A stretch of 64,000 nucleotides of DNA from Callorhinchus milii. Its lineage: Eukaryota. The stretch is taken from contig NW_024704742.1 of NCBI RefSeq assembly GCF_018977255.1, positions 36,520,001 through 36,584,000 on the forward strand, in the 5' to 3' direction. This document shows positions 11,013-25,000 of this stretch, piece after piece. A program made the position numbers and the translations under genes. The notes under the pieces are model-generated. The model had not been told where the DNA came from. It saw nothing but the letters and a program-made list of their open reading frames with translations, and made no database searches. How positions within the stretch are numbered: the first letter of the stretch is position 1; each line of letters begins with the position of its first letter.

Positions 11013-12237
11013 CAAATCTTACAAATTACCCCCAAATTAGATTTTCGTAGTAAGAATGAAAGAATTAGCTCCATCTTTTGTGTCTTGCTCAAACGCGTGT
11101 GTGCCTCTGTGTGTATATATGACAGCAAGAGTTCCACAATATTGGAAGTCTTTTGCTGTATGTTCAGTTTGCTATGCTGTACTGTATTTTGTAGAGGTTG
11201 AAAACCCTTTTTATTGCAATGACATTTTTACAAATCCGCGCACATGGTTTATATCATTAAGATAAGGGTTGCTCCCATAAACATGGGACCCCATTAAACA
11301 TAGTTTTATTCATCTCCTGTGTTAGCTGCCAGATCACCCTTCAAACAGGTCCACAATGTACTTCAACTGAATTAACAACACAAAGCAGCTCAGGCTTGAC
11401 ATTCTTCGAACAGGACTCCCTATTGTTTCAAATACTTTGTTGAATGGAACAACTTGCACTGCCATCACACTAGCAGAACAACTATCTTGAAACGTTGAAG
11501 GAATACAACCGAGGTAAACAAGCCTGACACTCATAAGAGGATTTATTTACACCTAATTCTTGAACAATTTGTTGCAGGAGACATGTCAAGGCCTGGTTTC
11601 TGCATAAAATTAAGTAATTTATCAGCAATAAATTAAATAAACAGCTCAACGAAAGGCGACCTTGGTAATATTTTCACTGCTTGAACAAAACAGAGGATGA
11701 TCAACCTGCAGAACAATTCTATTGACACAGATGTGGGGAATTTCAAAGCATAAACACAGTGCAAGAAACCAATATCACTCTGCCACTGCAGAGGGAGCTC
11801 TTGTGACTCTTGACTCAGCAGCACATCCACAGTCAAGTACACCACAAACCCTTCAACCACACTCAAGGTAAATGATTCAGTGATGTCAGAGAATGCTGGC
11901 GTGGCGTAGACTCCCTCCTTAAATCTTACAGGGAAAACTATTCCTCCTTGTTCCTCTCTCCTGCAGCTTTGTTTTGACAATCTTTGCTTAAAACACCACC
12001 TTTAAATTGATGAGGTGCAATCAATCACTGCTGCTAATTAGGGGAACCTAAGGGAACCAAAAGAAATAATGCTTTATGTCTTTAGTGTCCCTCTGAAACA
12101 TTTATTTTTAAAGGGCCTATGTTTGAAGAAGGTAAGCATGACATTTGTCAGATGCAAGGCAGCTCTATTTTACAGTACCTCAATAACAAACCTCTTAAGA
12201 CTGCTCTCCCCGAGAGCGGTAATACTAACGCTTACCA

Positions 12238-12552
12238 CAACAACAGCAGCAGTAAAATTACATTTTACGTCGGGAGGACTTCCCAAGGCGCTGGACAGAC
12301 AGAGAAACGGACCCGAGCTGGGGGTCGCGATCGGGGAGCGTGGAGGGCAACGGGGGAAGCAGGGTGATCGAACGCACGGTCGAAAGGAGGGTCTTGAGAT
12401 GGGTCTCGAAGGAGGCAAGGGAGGGGGTGAGATGGAGGGACTGCGGGATGGAGTTCCAGAGGGTGGAGGCAGAGAGGCAGAAGGCCCACCCACTAATAGT
12501 GGGGCGAGTGACACGGGGGACGTGAAGCAGGCCGGAGCACACTGAGCGGATG
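12238..12552 (-). mobile_element. L2 LINE 3' fragment (host of the CR1 insertion; continues at 14368-14464)
   Basis: L2 C-terminal ORF SASTLWNSIPQSLHLTPSLASFETHLKTLL; the L2 sequence resumes co-linearly after the CR1. Confidence 0.9.
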
Positions 12553-14367
12553 GAGCTAGGAATATTAAGACAGATTGTAAGAGTTTTAAATACATTAAGA
12601 ATAGGCTAGCAAAAGTAAATGTGGGTCCATCACAGGCTGAAACAGGAGGAGTTATAATGGGGGATAAGGATATGGCAGAGTCCCTAAATAAATACTTTGC
12701 TTCTGTCTTCACGTTAGAAGACACAAGAAGTTTACCAGAAATAGAGATGAACCAAGGGGCTAATGATAGGGAGCAACTTAGGGAAATTTACATTTACATG
12801 GTTTGCATCCTAGGGTTTTAAAAGAGGTAGCTCATGAGATAGTGGAGGCCTTGTGTCTGATCTTCCAAAATACTTTGGATTCTGGAACGGTTCCCATTGA
12901 TTGGAAGATCACAAACGTCACACCACTATTTAAGAAGGGTGGGAGAGAGAAGACGGGGAACTATAGACCAGTCAGTCTGACATCGGTGGTAGGGAAAATT
13001 CTAGAAGCCTTAATGAAGGATGTCATAGTGGGATACTTAGAGGATCACAATATGATTAGACAGAGTCAACGTGGCTTTACAAAAGGGAAGTCATGCTTAA
13101 CAAATCTTTTAGATTTTTTTGAGGACATATCAAGATTAGATGGGGGAGGGAATCAGTGGATGTAGTGTATTTAGATTTCCAAAAGGCATTCGATAAGGTG
13201 CTGCATAAAAGGTTGATCCACAAGATTAGAGCCCATGGAATTAAGGGGAATATGCCATGGATTGAATATGCATGGATTGAAGAATGGCTAACGGGAAGAA
13301 AACAAAGAGTAGGGATAAACGGGTCCTTCTCAGATTGGCGGGATGTGACTAGTGGAGAGCCACAAGGATCAGTGCTTTGGCCTCAACTATTTACAATCTA
13401 CATCAACGATCTAGATGAAGACATTGAACTTAATATATCCAAATTCGCGGATGACACTAAACTAGGAGGGAGAGTAAACACTGAGGATGACATTAAAAAA
13501 ATGCAACAAGATACAGATAGGCTAGGTGAGTGGGCAAATAGGTGGCAGATGAAGTATAATGTAGGGAAGTGTGAGGTCATCCACCGAGGTGGCAAAAACA
13601 GTACAGCAGATTATTTTTTAGAAGGGGAGAAACTAGATAGTGTTAGCGTTCAGAGGGACTTGGGTGTCCTTGTACACCAGTCACAAAAAGTTAGTTTGTA
13701 GGTACACCAAGCAATTAGGAAGGCTAACGGTATGTTGGCATTTGTTACAAAAGGGTTAGAATATAAGAGTAGGGAAGTCTTGCTGCAACTGTATAGGGCC
13801 CTGGTGAGACCGCACCTAGAGTATTGTGTGCAGTTTTGGTCTCCTTATTTAAGAAAGGATGTACTCGCCTTGGGAGAGGGTACAACGTAGATTCACTAGG
13901 TTGGTACTTGGTATGAGGGGGATGAGTTACGAGGATGGGATTTAGACCTATATTCTCTGGAATATAGAAGAATGAGAGGTGATCTTATAAAAACCTATAA
14001 GATTATTAAGGGGCATTGTTAATATAGTGGGAGACTTTTTCCCCTGGTTGGAGAAACTATAACCATGGCAAGGATCACAGTCTTAAAATTAGGGGTAAAG
14101 CCTTTCGCACTGAGTTGAGGAAAAACTTCTTCACTCAGAGGGTAGTGAATTTATGGAATTCTCTACCCCAAAGGTCTGTAGATGCTCAGTCCTTGAACAT
14201 ATTCAAGACTGAGATTGATAGATTTCTTGTGGATAAAGGGATTAAGGGATTTGGGGATAAGGCGGGTAGGTAGAGTTAGAATAGATCAGCCATGATCTTA
14301 TTGAATGGCAGGGCAGGCTCGAGGGGCCGAATGGCCTACTCCTGCTCCTAATTCTTATGGTCTTATG
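12553..14367 (+). mobile_element. CR1 LINE, 5'-truncated, RT domain with frameshifts
   Basis: ORF pieces HPRVLKE...GNYRPVSLTSVVGK, DVVYLDFQKAFDKV and SKFADDTKLGG; CR1 3' end GAGGGGCCGAATGGCCTACTCCTGCTCC...CTTATGGTCTTATG. Confidence 0.97.
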
Positions 14368-14464
14368 AGCAGGATGCTAGGGTGTTAGCAGGTCGCAGAG
14401 GTAGGGGGAGCAGGACCATGGAGGGGTTTGAAGGTGAAGACCAGGATCTTGAACTGTATCCTGG
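14368..14464 (-). mobile_element. L2 LINE continuation after the CR1 insertion
   Basis: Reverse complement encodes IQFKILVFTFKPLHG, co-linear with the L2 copy at about 21175-21270. Confidence 0.85.
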
Positions 14465-14599
14465 TCATTTCACACCATTATCACACAATTTCAACGCAAA
14501 ATGGCTATACATGATGTTGGGTCTGATTGTGGATGTGTTCTTGATTTACAGATAAATGAACCATTAACGTATGTTCTTCCAAGGACCTGATGCTGGGAT

Positions 14600-14790
14600 C
14601 TTCACCTATTCTTGTTTATGTTGGGGAAAAAATCTTTACATGGAGGGTGTTCGAAATGTGGAATTCTCTGCCACAAACAGTTAAAGCATAATCCATTAAT
14701 TATTTTTGAAGGGAATTAGCTAAATGCTTGAAAAAGAGGAACATTAAATGGCATGGGGAGCAAGCAAGAGTGGAATTAGACAAGCTGGAG
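14600..14790 (+). mobile_element. Old CR1 3' fragment
   Basis: TGTGGAATTCTCTGCCACAA and downstream blocks resemble the CR1 3' region at about 14120-14280. Confidence 0.6.
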
Positions 14791-15279
14791 AAAGACATCA
14801 GATAAATGAAGAAAATAATTTCTGTTCAAAGGAAGAACTCAAACAGTACTCAATGGCAATAAGCAGCCACTCACACATGACACATAAAGTTAAATAGGAG
14901 GTGAAGTAACATAGGAGCTATAGCTAATTTAACATTGGCGTAGTCAATATTCCCTCAAAAGTATGAAAATTATGAAGAATCTGAGATCATTTGCAAAATA
15001 AGTGAGTAACCAAAAGTCCTTTCTTCACAGTAGCGATCAAGTTGTGGTAATAGTTACCTCAACTGGAAATCCATAACCAATGAAACACTCCAAGTAATAG
15101 CCTGCAAAGCCATGCTCTAGCATTTAGAAATTATTTGAACCAGGAGTTGGAGTCTTCAAATGATACCAAGTTCCATCGCGATCTGGTGCTTTTGGGAGAT
15201 AAAGTAACAATTCTGATAACTACAACAACTAAGCAGATAATCTCAATATCAAATTCAAAGTAATAGACACCAGCACTAA

Positions 15280-15602
15280 CATTTGCATTTAATATAGAGC
15301 CTTATATTGTTGAGACAGCTCAAAGGTTTCACAGGATTTACTGTGAGGTATAGTGACTACATTTGTAGGCAAACACAGCAGCTAATGCGTACATAATTGG
15401 CTGTGAAGAGAACATTGGGAAAAAAAACTCCTTTGTGTTTTTTCCCCCAAACAGAAGTTCCTCATGGGAGTTTTCATTTACACCTGAACAGGAAGACTGG
15501 ACCTTGGTTTAATGTCTCATCTGAAGGCTGGCACCTCCGACTATGCAGCTCTCCCCATCATGGCACTGCTGTGTCAACGTGGACGATGAGTTCAAAGTCC
15601 TG
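15280..15602 (-). mobile_element. Decayed Deu-domain SINE
   Basis: CCTTGGTTTAATGTCTCATCTGAAGGCTGGCACCTCCGAC is the reverse complement of the recalled Deu core; L2-type tail. Confidence 0.75.
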
Positions 15603-16129
15603 ATATTCGCAGGAAAACAATCCAAATAATAGTCAACACATAAAGTGTTGCACAGTAATGGCAAATAAAACAGCTCGGTATGTAGCAGAAGACCTTGTGC
15701 CGAAGAAATCGATAATGATGTTTACCCTCGAGCACCAATTATAACACAAATGATATGCCACTTTCCATTGACTTGATGCAATAGCATAAATTCACCATTA
15801 AAAAAAACAGACACCGCACTTTACAGTATATGCTATGAAGCTCTATTGTTATTAATATTGTTCTATAGAGCAGACTGCCTTCTGGTACAGTAAAAATAAT
15901 CAAACCACTTTCCAGTAGAAGGATTAGGGTCTGACCTGCGGAGGTGAAAACGGCCAAACTGGTTCCTGAAACAGGACCTTAATCTTAAAGATAGTTTTAA
16001 GTTGGAATTACCAAATGGTCTGCATTCTTCTATTATAGTTTGTAGAGTAAACAGCAATGCTAACGAGAATATCAATTACATGGGGGAGTTGAGGAGGCAA
16101 AGTAAGCACTCCTCAAAAAAAACAGATCA

Positions 16130-16420
16130 AAAAAGATCACTACAAACTGGTATCATTGCTCCTGGGCAAAGGAGGGGAAATCAACCATGATTCAATTTGT
16201 GACCCCTATTTAAAAATGCTGGCCACAATTGTACACATGGGGATGTTGGGCTCGAACAGAATGGGTATCCGCTGTGAACGGATCCTCCGGTTGAATAACT
16301 AGCCAATACTGATTGTCTGGATTTCTGCACGAAGAGCAACTAGCTTGGCCAGAGAACTGATGATACTTGTGGAGCCAAACCCTAGCATGAATCAGAATCT
16401 TCAGATTCGGGGAGAAAATG
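16130..16420 (+). mobile_element. Ancient SINE, AmnSINE2-like body (decayed)
   Basis: CCTGGGCAAAGGAGGGGAAATCAACCA...CTTGTGGAGCCA...GGGGAGAAAA; co-linear with 24670-25000 and with the reverse complement of 54838-55197. Confidence 0.55.
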
Positions 16421-19359
16421 AAAGAGGTTAAAACAAAACAGAAATAAATCACTAAATATATTGTACTCATTTACATTTGTACCGATCTGAATGTAGGATA
16501 TGCGTCTCCTGACTGAAAGACATTCAAATAACCTATCCAATTTGGTACTATTGAAAAGAGGTAGGACTGGCAATATACCCATTTCTAGATGCCAATATCA
16601 TTGCTGAAACAAAATATCTGTGCATCACTAGGGATCTATACTGCTAGATTTTCTAACAGAACAATTTCTGTCAAAAAGTTATTTTTCTGTTCGGGAAACA
16701 ATGTTCATTGTTCTCCCACAAATAAATCTTGAATCCAAATATATAACCTGGTGATGCTGGGAATAATCCTTGACTCCTTTATTGTTTTTGCTTCTCTTCT
16801 GTAGGGAAGGACATTGTTCTCTAAGGCTGAGGTCTGGCATACATGACCCAGATGATCTATCAAGCTTTGATAAGGCTGAGACCCTTAACTCAGTATTTCT
16901 GCGACTGCAAATTCAAGAAAGAACCTGCATTTTGTAGTGACTCATCAGGTCAAAATATCTCAAGGTGCTTTAACATAATTGTAATACTATCTCACGTAAT
17001 GACTGGAAACGTGACAGCCATTTTACGCATAAGATCTAACAAACAGTCATGATAGGAACGATCGATTTAGGCCAAGACAGAAGAAGAAACTCGCTTCTCT
17101 TTCGTAACACTCTAGTGTCAAGGGATCTTTAATGTTCACCTGAAGGCAGTACAGTACACCAAAAATAATGCATTAGGTTCTGAAAGCTCGACTATGAATT
17201 GAATTTACAACATGGGGCTTAAACCCACTCCTTTTTGAACAACTACAATATGTTCAGAGATATTTGCAACCGTATTAAAATTGTGATGAATAGTGGAGAT
17301 TCTGAACAAAATAAAGGAAAACGCATTCACTAGGTTTATCAAGTTTCCATGAGAAATATACACCAGCACAGAAACTGAAGAAAAATAATTCATCATGGAT
17401 TAAATGTGCTCTTCAACAGAATGCGTTCTTATCATCCTCGAGTAAAGCATGGACGAGAATACACATTACAGCTGGTCATGTGTAATAATTTAGGAGATAT
17501 TCTTGACCTTGATGAGACTTTATAAATAATTGAGCACCAAAGTATAGAAATGCATGTTGAAAACTCATCCGATAATCAATACTAAGCAATTATTACAAAG
17601 ATGTCCAATACTGGATCGCATCCAGCAGTGTAGCATTATCCATACACGATAGTTGTTTACTGCTATGAAAGCACAATGCCAAAGCTGTCTTTCACCGAAT
17701 GTTGGAGCTGCTCAGGGAACTTAAAGCTGATGTGCGCTCAAGCAACTGAGCCTTCCTTTCTGATAACCACCACCTTGTGTTAAGTTTCCTGTAACCCTAA
17801 TGTTAACCAAGTGCTGAGGCAGCAGTAGTTTCTCCAATGCTCAGGCTCTCTTGCACTGATTTAACTATCAAATCTCAAAAACACAGAATGCTTTATACTG
17901 TATATAATTGCCTCAAACGTGGATTGAACAAACCATTGCAAACATTGTTCAAATTTCTCTTCAAAATGGCAAACAAATTTTTGCATTGAATACCCAGGAG
18001 TAGAAAACCATTTTTCGCATGATCAGAAGGGGATTCAAATCCCTCCATGCAGAAAGGATCCTCAGCACAGGAAAAGGTACTTCAGCTAAAATTTGAGGTC
18101 ACAGTTGCAAAAAGCTTTGATACGTCTCAGAGATGTGATATTATAAACAGAAAATTATTTAAAATAATAGCATGGGGGGAGGGGGGGCAGGTTACTGATC
18201 TTTGCCCTAGTTCTTAGATGTAGTTCAGTGTTTAATTGTATCAGGGCTATTAAATTTGACAAATCACCCCACACCACCCTCCATCTGAATGCTCGGAAAA
18301 TGTGTTGTAAAACTCAAAAATCCTGTGTATAAAATGCAATAGGGTGGAATTACCTCTTTACGTTCTACAGCTCGATTTCTCAGCCAGACCCTGCTGGACG
18401 CTGGTTAATCAATTGCCATGTAGATGAGCTTCAGAAAGCTCAATGTGTCTGAAGGAAATATGAGATAAGCATCTTCAGGAAAGGAAAAGAGATGAAAAAT
18501 ACTGTAATAAGTTTTACTCTGATCTCCAGGCCGATGTTATACCCAATGATATCACCAATGCCCCTGTTTCTAAGAGATTTAAATTACAAATTCAGTGGTT
18601 AGTGAAGGGGAAGGGTGGTTAAAGAAAGAGCGACATAACATATTTTCTCAGGCTGCTTCGACCATCTTTAAAATAGTAAAATACAGGATCAAGAGCTGAG
18701 AGTAAAATCCTGGTTCAGAAACTGCCCCTCAGGACATTTATCACACAGCAATTCAGTGGACACTCTTACCACTTAAGAAACTCTTCACAGCAATCCACTT
18801 CAAAATAAATAACAATTATTTGGTCACTCAATCAATGCCAACTGGCTGCCGCGTTTCGCCCACAAAATATACAGTCACTACACTTTACAGTATGAAGCTC
18901 TTTGAGATGTCTCGAAGACGTGATAAAGCGCTATATCAAATGCAAAGATTATTATTATCAAGTCAAATCATTTTGTTGGATCCTACTGCATTTGGTAAAG
19001 TGACTTCCTTGTTCTACTGTAAACACTGCTCAGACAATGGAAACTCCTCCCAAACAGATTAACATAATTAACTCTAAGAAATATCAGTCAAATTGTGTGT
19101 ATTTGCCCACAAAACACACAATTACTGCACTTTACAGTGCATCCTGTGAAGCACTTCGGGATGTTATCCCGACTTGAAGGGCACTTTTACCAAATGCAAT
19201 GGTTATTATTATTATTATTATTAAACTCTGAGAAATGCATAATTGCCAAGAAATACACCATGTGCAGAATTTCTAATGAAAAAGTAGATGAAAATAACGA
19301 GCAAACCTTCATCCATAAAATTTGTTCATTCAGCACTTCAGTCCAAACAAAAACTCAAG

Positions 19360-19810
19360 GATCAAGGTTGAATGTTTGAGCAGCATACCAGAACTTTAGG
19401 TCATAATCTAGGTTGTCATGCCAGTGCAGCACAGTACAGCACAGTACAGTGCCACCCTGCCAACAAGATGTCAAACTGATATCCTGAATGTGTATTCTGG
19501 TGAATCTGATGAACATTAAAGATCCCATTGCACAATTCCTAAGAGGGAGGTGAGCTATGCAACTAATTTTGTCTTGCCTGCATTTTCTGACTTCAAACTA
19601 GCCTGGGAATGGATGAATTTCATCCTGCCTAATATTCCTCTTTCATCAAAATTCATCTCAAAACAACGGAATTGGTTTGTCATCTCAGTGACGTGTATGG
19701 GAGGTTGCCTGCGCAGAGATAGGCTGACTGTTTCCCCAATTAACAGTCATTACACTTAAAAATAACTCTTTAGGAAATGCTTTGAGACATTTTGATGTGT
19801 TAAAACGTCA
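19360..19810 (+). mobile_element. Decayed Deu-domain SINE
   Basis: AATCTAGGTTGTCATGCCAGTGCAG...TAAAGATCCCATTGCAC... followed by an L2-type tail. Confidence 0.65.
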
Positions 19811-20679
19811 TATTTTTTGTGAGCCAGGTGTGTGGCATGTGCTTTGACATTTGGCATGCTTAAGAGACTGTAGTTCAAGACCTTACAGAAGCAGTTTGAT
19901 TGCAGATTTTGGAGCATGCTGTCTCTCTTGAATTGGGCTGGGGCTGGAATTCACATGCAGTAAACTTTTGATAACCTGACCCTGGATTAATTTGTCACTA
20001 CGACTTGAGTTATCGTGCTGTCAATATCCCAGCTTCATTTATTTATGTATTTATACATATGCCTACCTCACTTTCCAGGTAACTCGGCACTGAGCTCTTT
20101 TCCCTTGGAGTGATAAGAATGGTGGAACATATCAAATGCAAGGATTGGTATTATTATTATATAACAGGATTGAGGGGCTGAATGGCCTACACCTGTTCCT
20201 ATGTATAAAATGTACCAGTCAGACTGAAGACTAGATGTACAAAAAAGAACCTGGGAATTTTTTGTTTAAAACGTAGTCACTTACGAAGAATCTGATTCAA
20301 AAGGAGAGGCTAGAACATAATTTGGTACATTACATTACACACACAGAATTAGCTGGAAAGGAAAATTGAATATTTTTTATTGTCATAACATTGAGTAAAT
20401 ATTGAATATTGAACACAGAGGACAAACATTTATATTTACCTAATATATTTTTAAATTAATACTTATTTTGTTATCATGTTAGATCTATAATATCTACATC
20501 TGTGGCATTTCCAGGTATTCACTTTGGATTAAATTCCTGTAATCAATGTGATTAGGTAACTGATAGCGATAATATCCCACATGACAATCTAATGAAGCAT
20601 TCTGGCTGATGGCAGTCATGACACCTGCCATGGGAGAAACAGATACTTCTCAGAAGGTAACAACTGATCAAAACTGTTC

Positions 20680-20826
20680 TAAAGGATAGAGGGATTAAGG
20701 GATATGGGGATCAGACGGGTAAATGGAATTAGGTTAGAAGATCAGCCATAATCTTAGTAAATGGCGGGGCAGGCTCGAGGGGCCGAATGGTCTACTCCTG
20801 CTCCTACGTCTTATGGTTTTATGGGT
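20680..20826 (+). mobile_element. CR1 3' terminal fragment
   Basis: GATCAGCCAT...GAGGGGCCGAATGGTCTACTCCTGCTCC...CTTATGG, as at about 14230-14367. Confidence 0.9.
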
Positions 20827-20834
20827 TTTCTTCA

Positions 20835-21575
20835 ACTCACTAAGCCAGTCAAGAACCTAGGTATCTTGTTCGACCCTCAACTGTCTTTTTTTCCCCACAT
20901 CCAAGCCATGATCTGCTCTGCCTTCCCTCACTTCTGTAACATCGCCCGACTCCACCACTACCTCACCCCTCATGCTGCTGAAACTCTTGTTCATGCCTTC
21001 ATCACTTCCAGGCTCGACTATGCAAACGCCCTGCTTGTCGGCCTTCCCAACTCCTCCCTCCACAGGCTGCAGATAATCCAGAACTCTGCAGCCCGTATCC
21101 TTTCCCGCACCAAACTCCATGACCCCATCTCCCCCATTCTTGCCCGACTCCATTGGTTCCCTATCCTTCAGAGGATCCAGTTCAAGATCCTGGTCCTCAC
21201 CTACAAAGCCCTCCATGGCCTCGCCCCACCCTACCTCTGCAACCTCCTAACCCCCTACCAACTGGCCCGTTCCCTCCGTTCAGCAATCTCTGGCCTGCTC
21301 CACATCCCCTGACCCACCCGCCCCACCATTGCTGGGAGAGCCTTCAGACACTCTGCCCCCAACCTCTGGAATTCCATCCCCCAGTCACTCTGCCTCGCCC
21401 CCTCCTTAGCCTCCCTCAAGTCCTGCCTCAAGACCCTCCTCTTCGACCATGCCATCGGCAACCCCCCTTCACCTCCCCTCCTTTCTCCCCCCCGACCCCA
21501 TGCTGTATACTGTCCAGCCTTTGGGACGTCCTCCCGACGTGAAAGACGCTATACAAATGTAATCTTTTTGTTGTT
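20835..21575 (+). mobile_element. L2 LINE 3' ~740 bp
   Basis: ORF VKNLGILFDPQLSF...FITSRLDYANALL...LQIIQNSAARIL...LHWFPI..RIQFKIL, then the tail stem-loop and (TTG)n. Confidence 0.95.
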
Positions 21576-21659
21576 CTTGTTTTATGGTCTAAAAGATCAG
21601 GCTAAAATGATAACAGATTAAAAAATAATTGACGGTGGTTTTGGTATCTCCCTACTAAT

Positions 21660-23423
21660 TGACAACATCCACCTGGCAGCTTCATCCCTCTGCCCCGTAT
21701 CACCTACCACCACCCCTTTCCGTCTCCTTCACCAACCCTGCCCTCAGCTCCTACCACGGCCCCCATTCTACATTCATTTGCCCCCATCTCTCTTTCCTCC
21801 CTCTCACCCACCATCACCACAATGAAACCCACCACCTGCTTCCTCGTCCCCCTACCCACCCAACTGCTGATCACCCAGCTCCCCCTCCTCTGCCCACTGC
21901 TGGCGGACACCATTACCAGTCTCTCTCCTCAGGATCTGTTCCACTCCCCCTCAAAACCATGGTCATCAACCCCCTCCTTAAAAAAACCTACCCTCGATCC
22001 CTCCAACCTCTGGCACTACTGCCCTATCTCAAACCTGCCCTTCCTTGCCAAAGCTCTGGAACGCATTGTTGACAACCAGCTTCGCATACATCTCTCCCTC
22101 CACTCCCTACTCGAACCCCTTCAGTCTGGTTTTGGCCCTGCCCACAGTACAGAGACAGCTCTTGTGAAAGTCACAAACGATATCCTCTCTATTTGTGACC
22201 AGGGTTCCCTCTGCTTCCTTGTCCTCCTGGACCTCTCCGCCGCATTCGACACAGTCAATCACGCCATCCTCCTCCACCGTCTGTCCTCCATCATCCACTT
22301 CAGTGGGACTGCACTCGCTTGGTTCGAGTCCTACCTTACAAACCACCAGCACTACATTTCTACAAATGGCTTTTCTTCTCGCTTCCACCCGGTCACCTGC
22401 GGAGTACTCCAAGGATCCATCCTTGACCCCCCTCTCTTCCTCATTTATCTGCTCCCTCTCGGTAATGTCATCCACAGACACAGGGTTAACTTCCACATAT
22501 GTGCGATTGACACTCAATTCTACTTTTCCATCTCCAGCTGTGAACCCCAGTCCCCTGATATTCTGTCAGCTTGTCTGTCAGACATCAAGAGCTGGATGAG
22601 CACAAATTTCCTGCAGTTAAACCTCAACAAGATGGAAGCCATACTCTTTGGCTCCAGTCGACGCCTCCTGTCGCACGGTTCCGACCTCCTCAACATACCC
22701 GATCTGTCCTTAAAGCTCTCTGAACCCATGCGCAAGTTAGGCGTCACATTCGATCCCCAGTTATCCTTCCTCCCCCACATCCGGTCCCTGACCAGCACCA
22801 CTTTCTTCCACCTCCACCACATTGCTCGTCTCCGACAATACCTCACCCCAAAAGCTGCCAAAACCCTTGTCCAGGCCTTTGTCACCTCTCGGCTGGACTG
22901 TAACGCCCTCCTCGCCGGTCTCCTCTCCAGCTTATTCAAAACTTCACCAACCGCATTCTCACCCGCACCAAACTTCGTACCCCGATTACTCCAGTCGTTG
23001 CCAAACTCCACTGGCTCCCTGTCACAGAGCAGATCGACTTCAAGATCCTCACTCTAGTGTTTAAATCCCTCCATTCCTTGCCCCCCCCACCCTCCCCATC
23101 TCTCTAACCTCCTCTCTCCCCACAGCAGTACCCGCTGCCTCCGCTCTACTGGGTCTGACCTCCTCCGCGTCCCGCGGATCCTCCTACACCATTGGCAACC
23201 GTGCTTCAACCACTACGCCCCGAAACTTTGGAAATTCCTCCCTCAACCACTTTGCCTCACCCCCTCCTTCCCCATCTTCAGGTCGCGCCCGAAGGCCTTC
23301 CTCTTCGACCGTGCCTACGATTACCATCCCCCTCCCCCTGGCTCGGCCTCGGCTCCGCCATTGTTAAGTGCTCTGAGATGCCACCCAGCGTGGAGGACAC
23401 TATATAAATGCAAGTTGTTGTTG
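21660..23423 (+). mobile_element. L2 LINE ~1.75 kb fragment with disabled RT domain
   Basis: PISNLPFLAKALE, QSGF..HSTETAL, LLDLSAAFDTV and QGSIL motifs; the YADD position reads CAID; frameshifts; subfamily-B type tail. Confidence 0.96.
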
Positions 23424-23519
23424 TACGCAAATTGGCTGCCATGATCACCTATGGAATACAGTCACTGCACTTCACAGGAAAATCTTTATGAGACGTCTCG
23501 ACATGATACAGCACTAGAT

Positions 23520-23840
23520 AATAATAATAATAATAATCCTTGCATTTGATATAGCGCTTTTCACGTCGGGAGGACGTCCCAAAGCGCTTCACAGAACACA
23601 CTATAAAGTGAATTGCCTGTATATTTGTGGGCGAAAGCTGCAGCCAATTGCGCACAGCAATGTCCCACAAACAGTCGTAGATTAAAAATGACCAATTTAT
23701 TATTGTTTTTGGTTTTGGAGGGATTATTATTAGGCGTGTGAAGTAAGGAAACTTGCCCAAGGTTTCGCCCTCTGCCTGGAATTGAACTCAGGTCTCTCGC
23801 TTGCAAAGCGAGTGCTCTAACCACTGAGCTACAGGACTCC
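23520..23840 (-). mobile_element. Young tRNA(Ala)-derived SINE, short form, nested in an older SINE tail
   Basis: Near-identical to 35955-36270, 48176-48497, 52322-52657 and 59792-60124; flanked by AGAT. Confidence 0.95.
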
Positions 23841-23874
23841 GAGATCAACTGTAAAGATTATTATTATCTGACCA

Positions 23875-24245
23875 TTACGTCTCCGACCTGCTAACCCCTT
23901 ATCAATCTGTCCATTCCCTCTGCTTAGCAAGCTTAGGCCTGCTCCATGTCCACTGCCCATCCCGTCCCACCATCGGCGATCGTTCCTTCAGCCCCTCTGC
24001 CCTCACCTTCTGGAACTCCATCCCACATTCCTTTTGTCTTGTTCCCTCGTTTGCCTCCTTTAAGGCAAACCTCAAGATCCCTCCTCTTTGACTGTGCCCT
24101 CAGCCACCCACCTAACCTCCACCATCCCTGATCCCAACCCTCTACCGCCCCCAGGTTCAGGTCCTAATCCCTGACTGTTCAGCTCCTTGGGACGTCCTCC
24201 CGACATGAAAGGCGCTTTACAAATGTAATTTTGTATTGTATTGTA
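23875..24245 (+). mobile_element. L2 LINE 3' fragment
   Basis: CTGGAACTCCATCCC...CCTTGGGACGTCCTCCCGACATGAAAGGCGC tail. Confidence 0.9.
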
Positions 24246-24669
24246 TATGACAAATATAGCTTTTACAAAAAATAGCTTTTACAAAAAAATTACTGAAATT
24301 GGTTAAAAAGAAATCCAGTTAGAGTTGATCAAGAAAATGAGAGGAAAGTCAGCAGGAATGGCGGCCTGAGAGAAAGATTGTCAACACAGTAGTGATATCT
24401 CAACTGATACAACCGCACATCACAGGATATGCACCAGACGTGATAGTTACTCAGTTTGATAGCAAAGTCTATAACAACAAAGTCTGGTCACAACAACACA
24501 ATGATTGTTTGAGGGTTAATAAACTTTTTTTTTAAATCCCATCTTTCCAATTTGCAATCCAATTTTCCGATTTTGTAATTAAATCTTCCTTTTAACAAAA
24601 TACAATAATCCAGTTAGCATTAATGTCAAGGACTTATATGAATTAGTCAATTAAAAGGACAGGGTGGTA

Positions 24670-25000
24670 GATTGCTCTCATCTAGTGTAGGACCGAGTTG
24701 CACAGATTTGATCCAAGATTAGTGCAAAGCTGATCTCAGTCAGTTGGGAAAGGATAACTGGGATGAAATGAAATATTGAGGATAAAAATCAGACAAAGTT
24801 CTTACTTGTGATCGCTCTCCAGTAACCTATCTTGCAAGAAACATACGTGTGGATGTCAGTATAGAAAGGATAGGATGATTGGCTATGATTTATCCCTCAC
24901 TATGTGAAGAATGCCCAATTCATTGAAGTACAACATAATGACCAGTGCTTGTGGAACCATATTCCACCAAGTACTTTCAACTGAGAAGGGGAAAAGGAAA
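24670..25000 (+). mobile_element. Ancient SINE, AmnSINE2-like
   Basis: AGCTGATCTCAGTC...GATCGCTCTCCAGTAACC...GTGTGGATGTC...GTGAAGAATGCC...CTTGTGGAACC...GAAGGGGAAAA. Confidence 0.55.

Noticed and set aside
12549..14371. GAGC as a TSD of the CR1
   Set aside because: The uninterrupted L2 copy at about 6183 already reads GAGCGAGC, so no duplication is needed.
20761..21312. 183-aa ORF as a chimeric gene
   Set aside because: Chance fusion of a CR1 3' UTR with an adjacent L2 fragment; no splice or promoter support.
21822..23057. 411-aa ORF as an active or domesticated reverse transcriptase
   Set aside because: L2 fragment with YADD changed to CAID and frameshifted ends.
23841..23868. Inverted tail copy at a SINE 5' junction
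   Set aside because: It is the remainder of the older plus-strand SINE tail (23425-23519) into which the young copy inserted.
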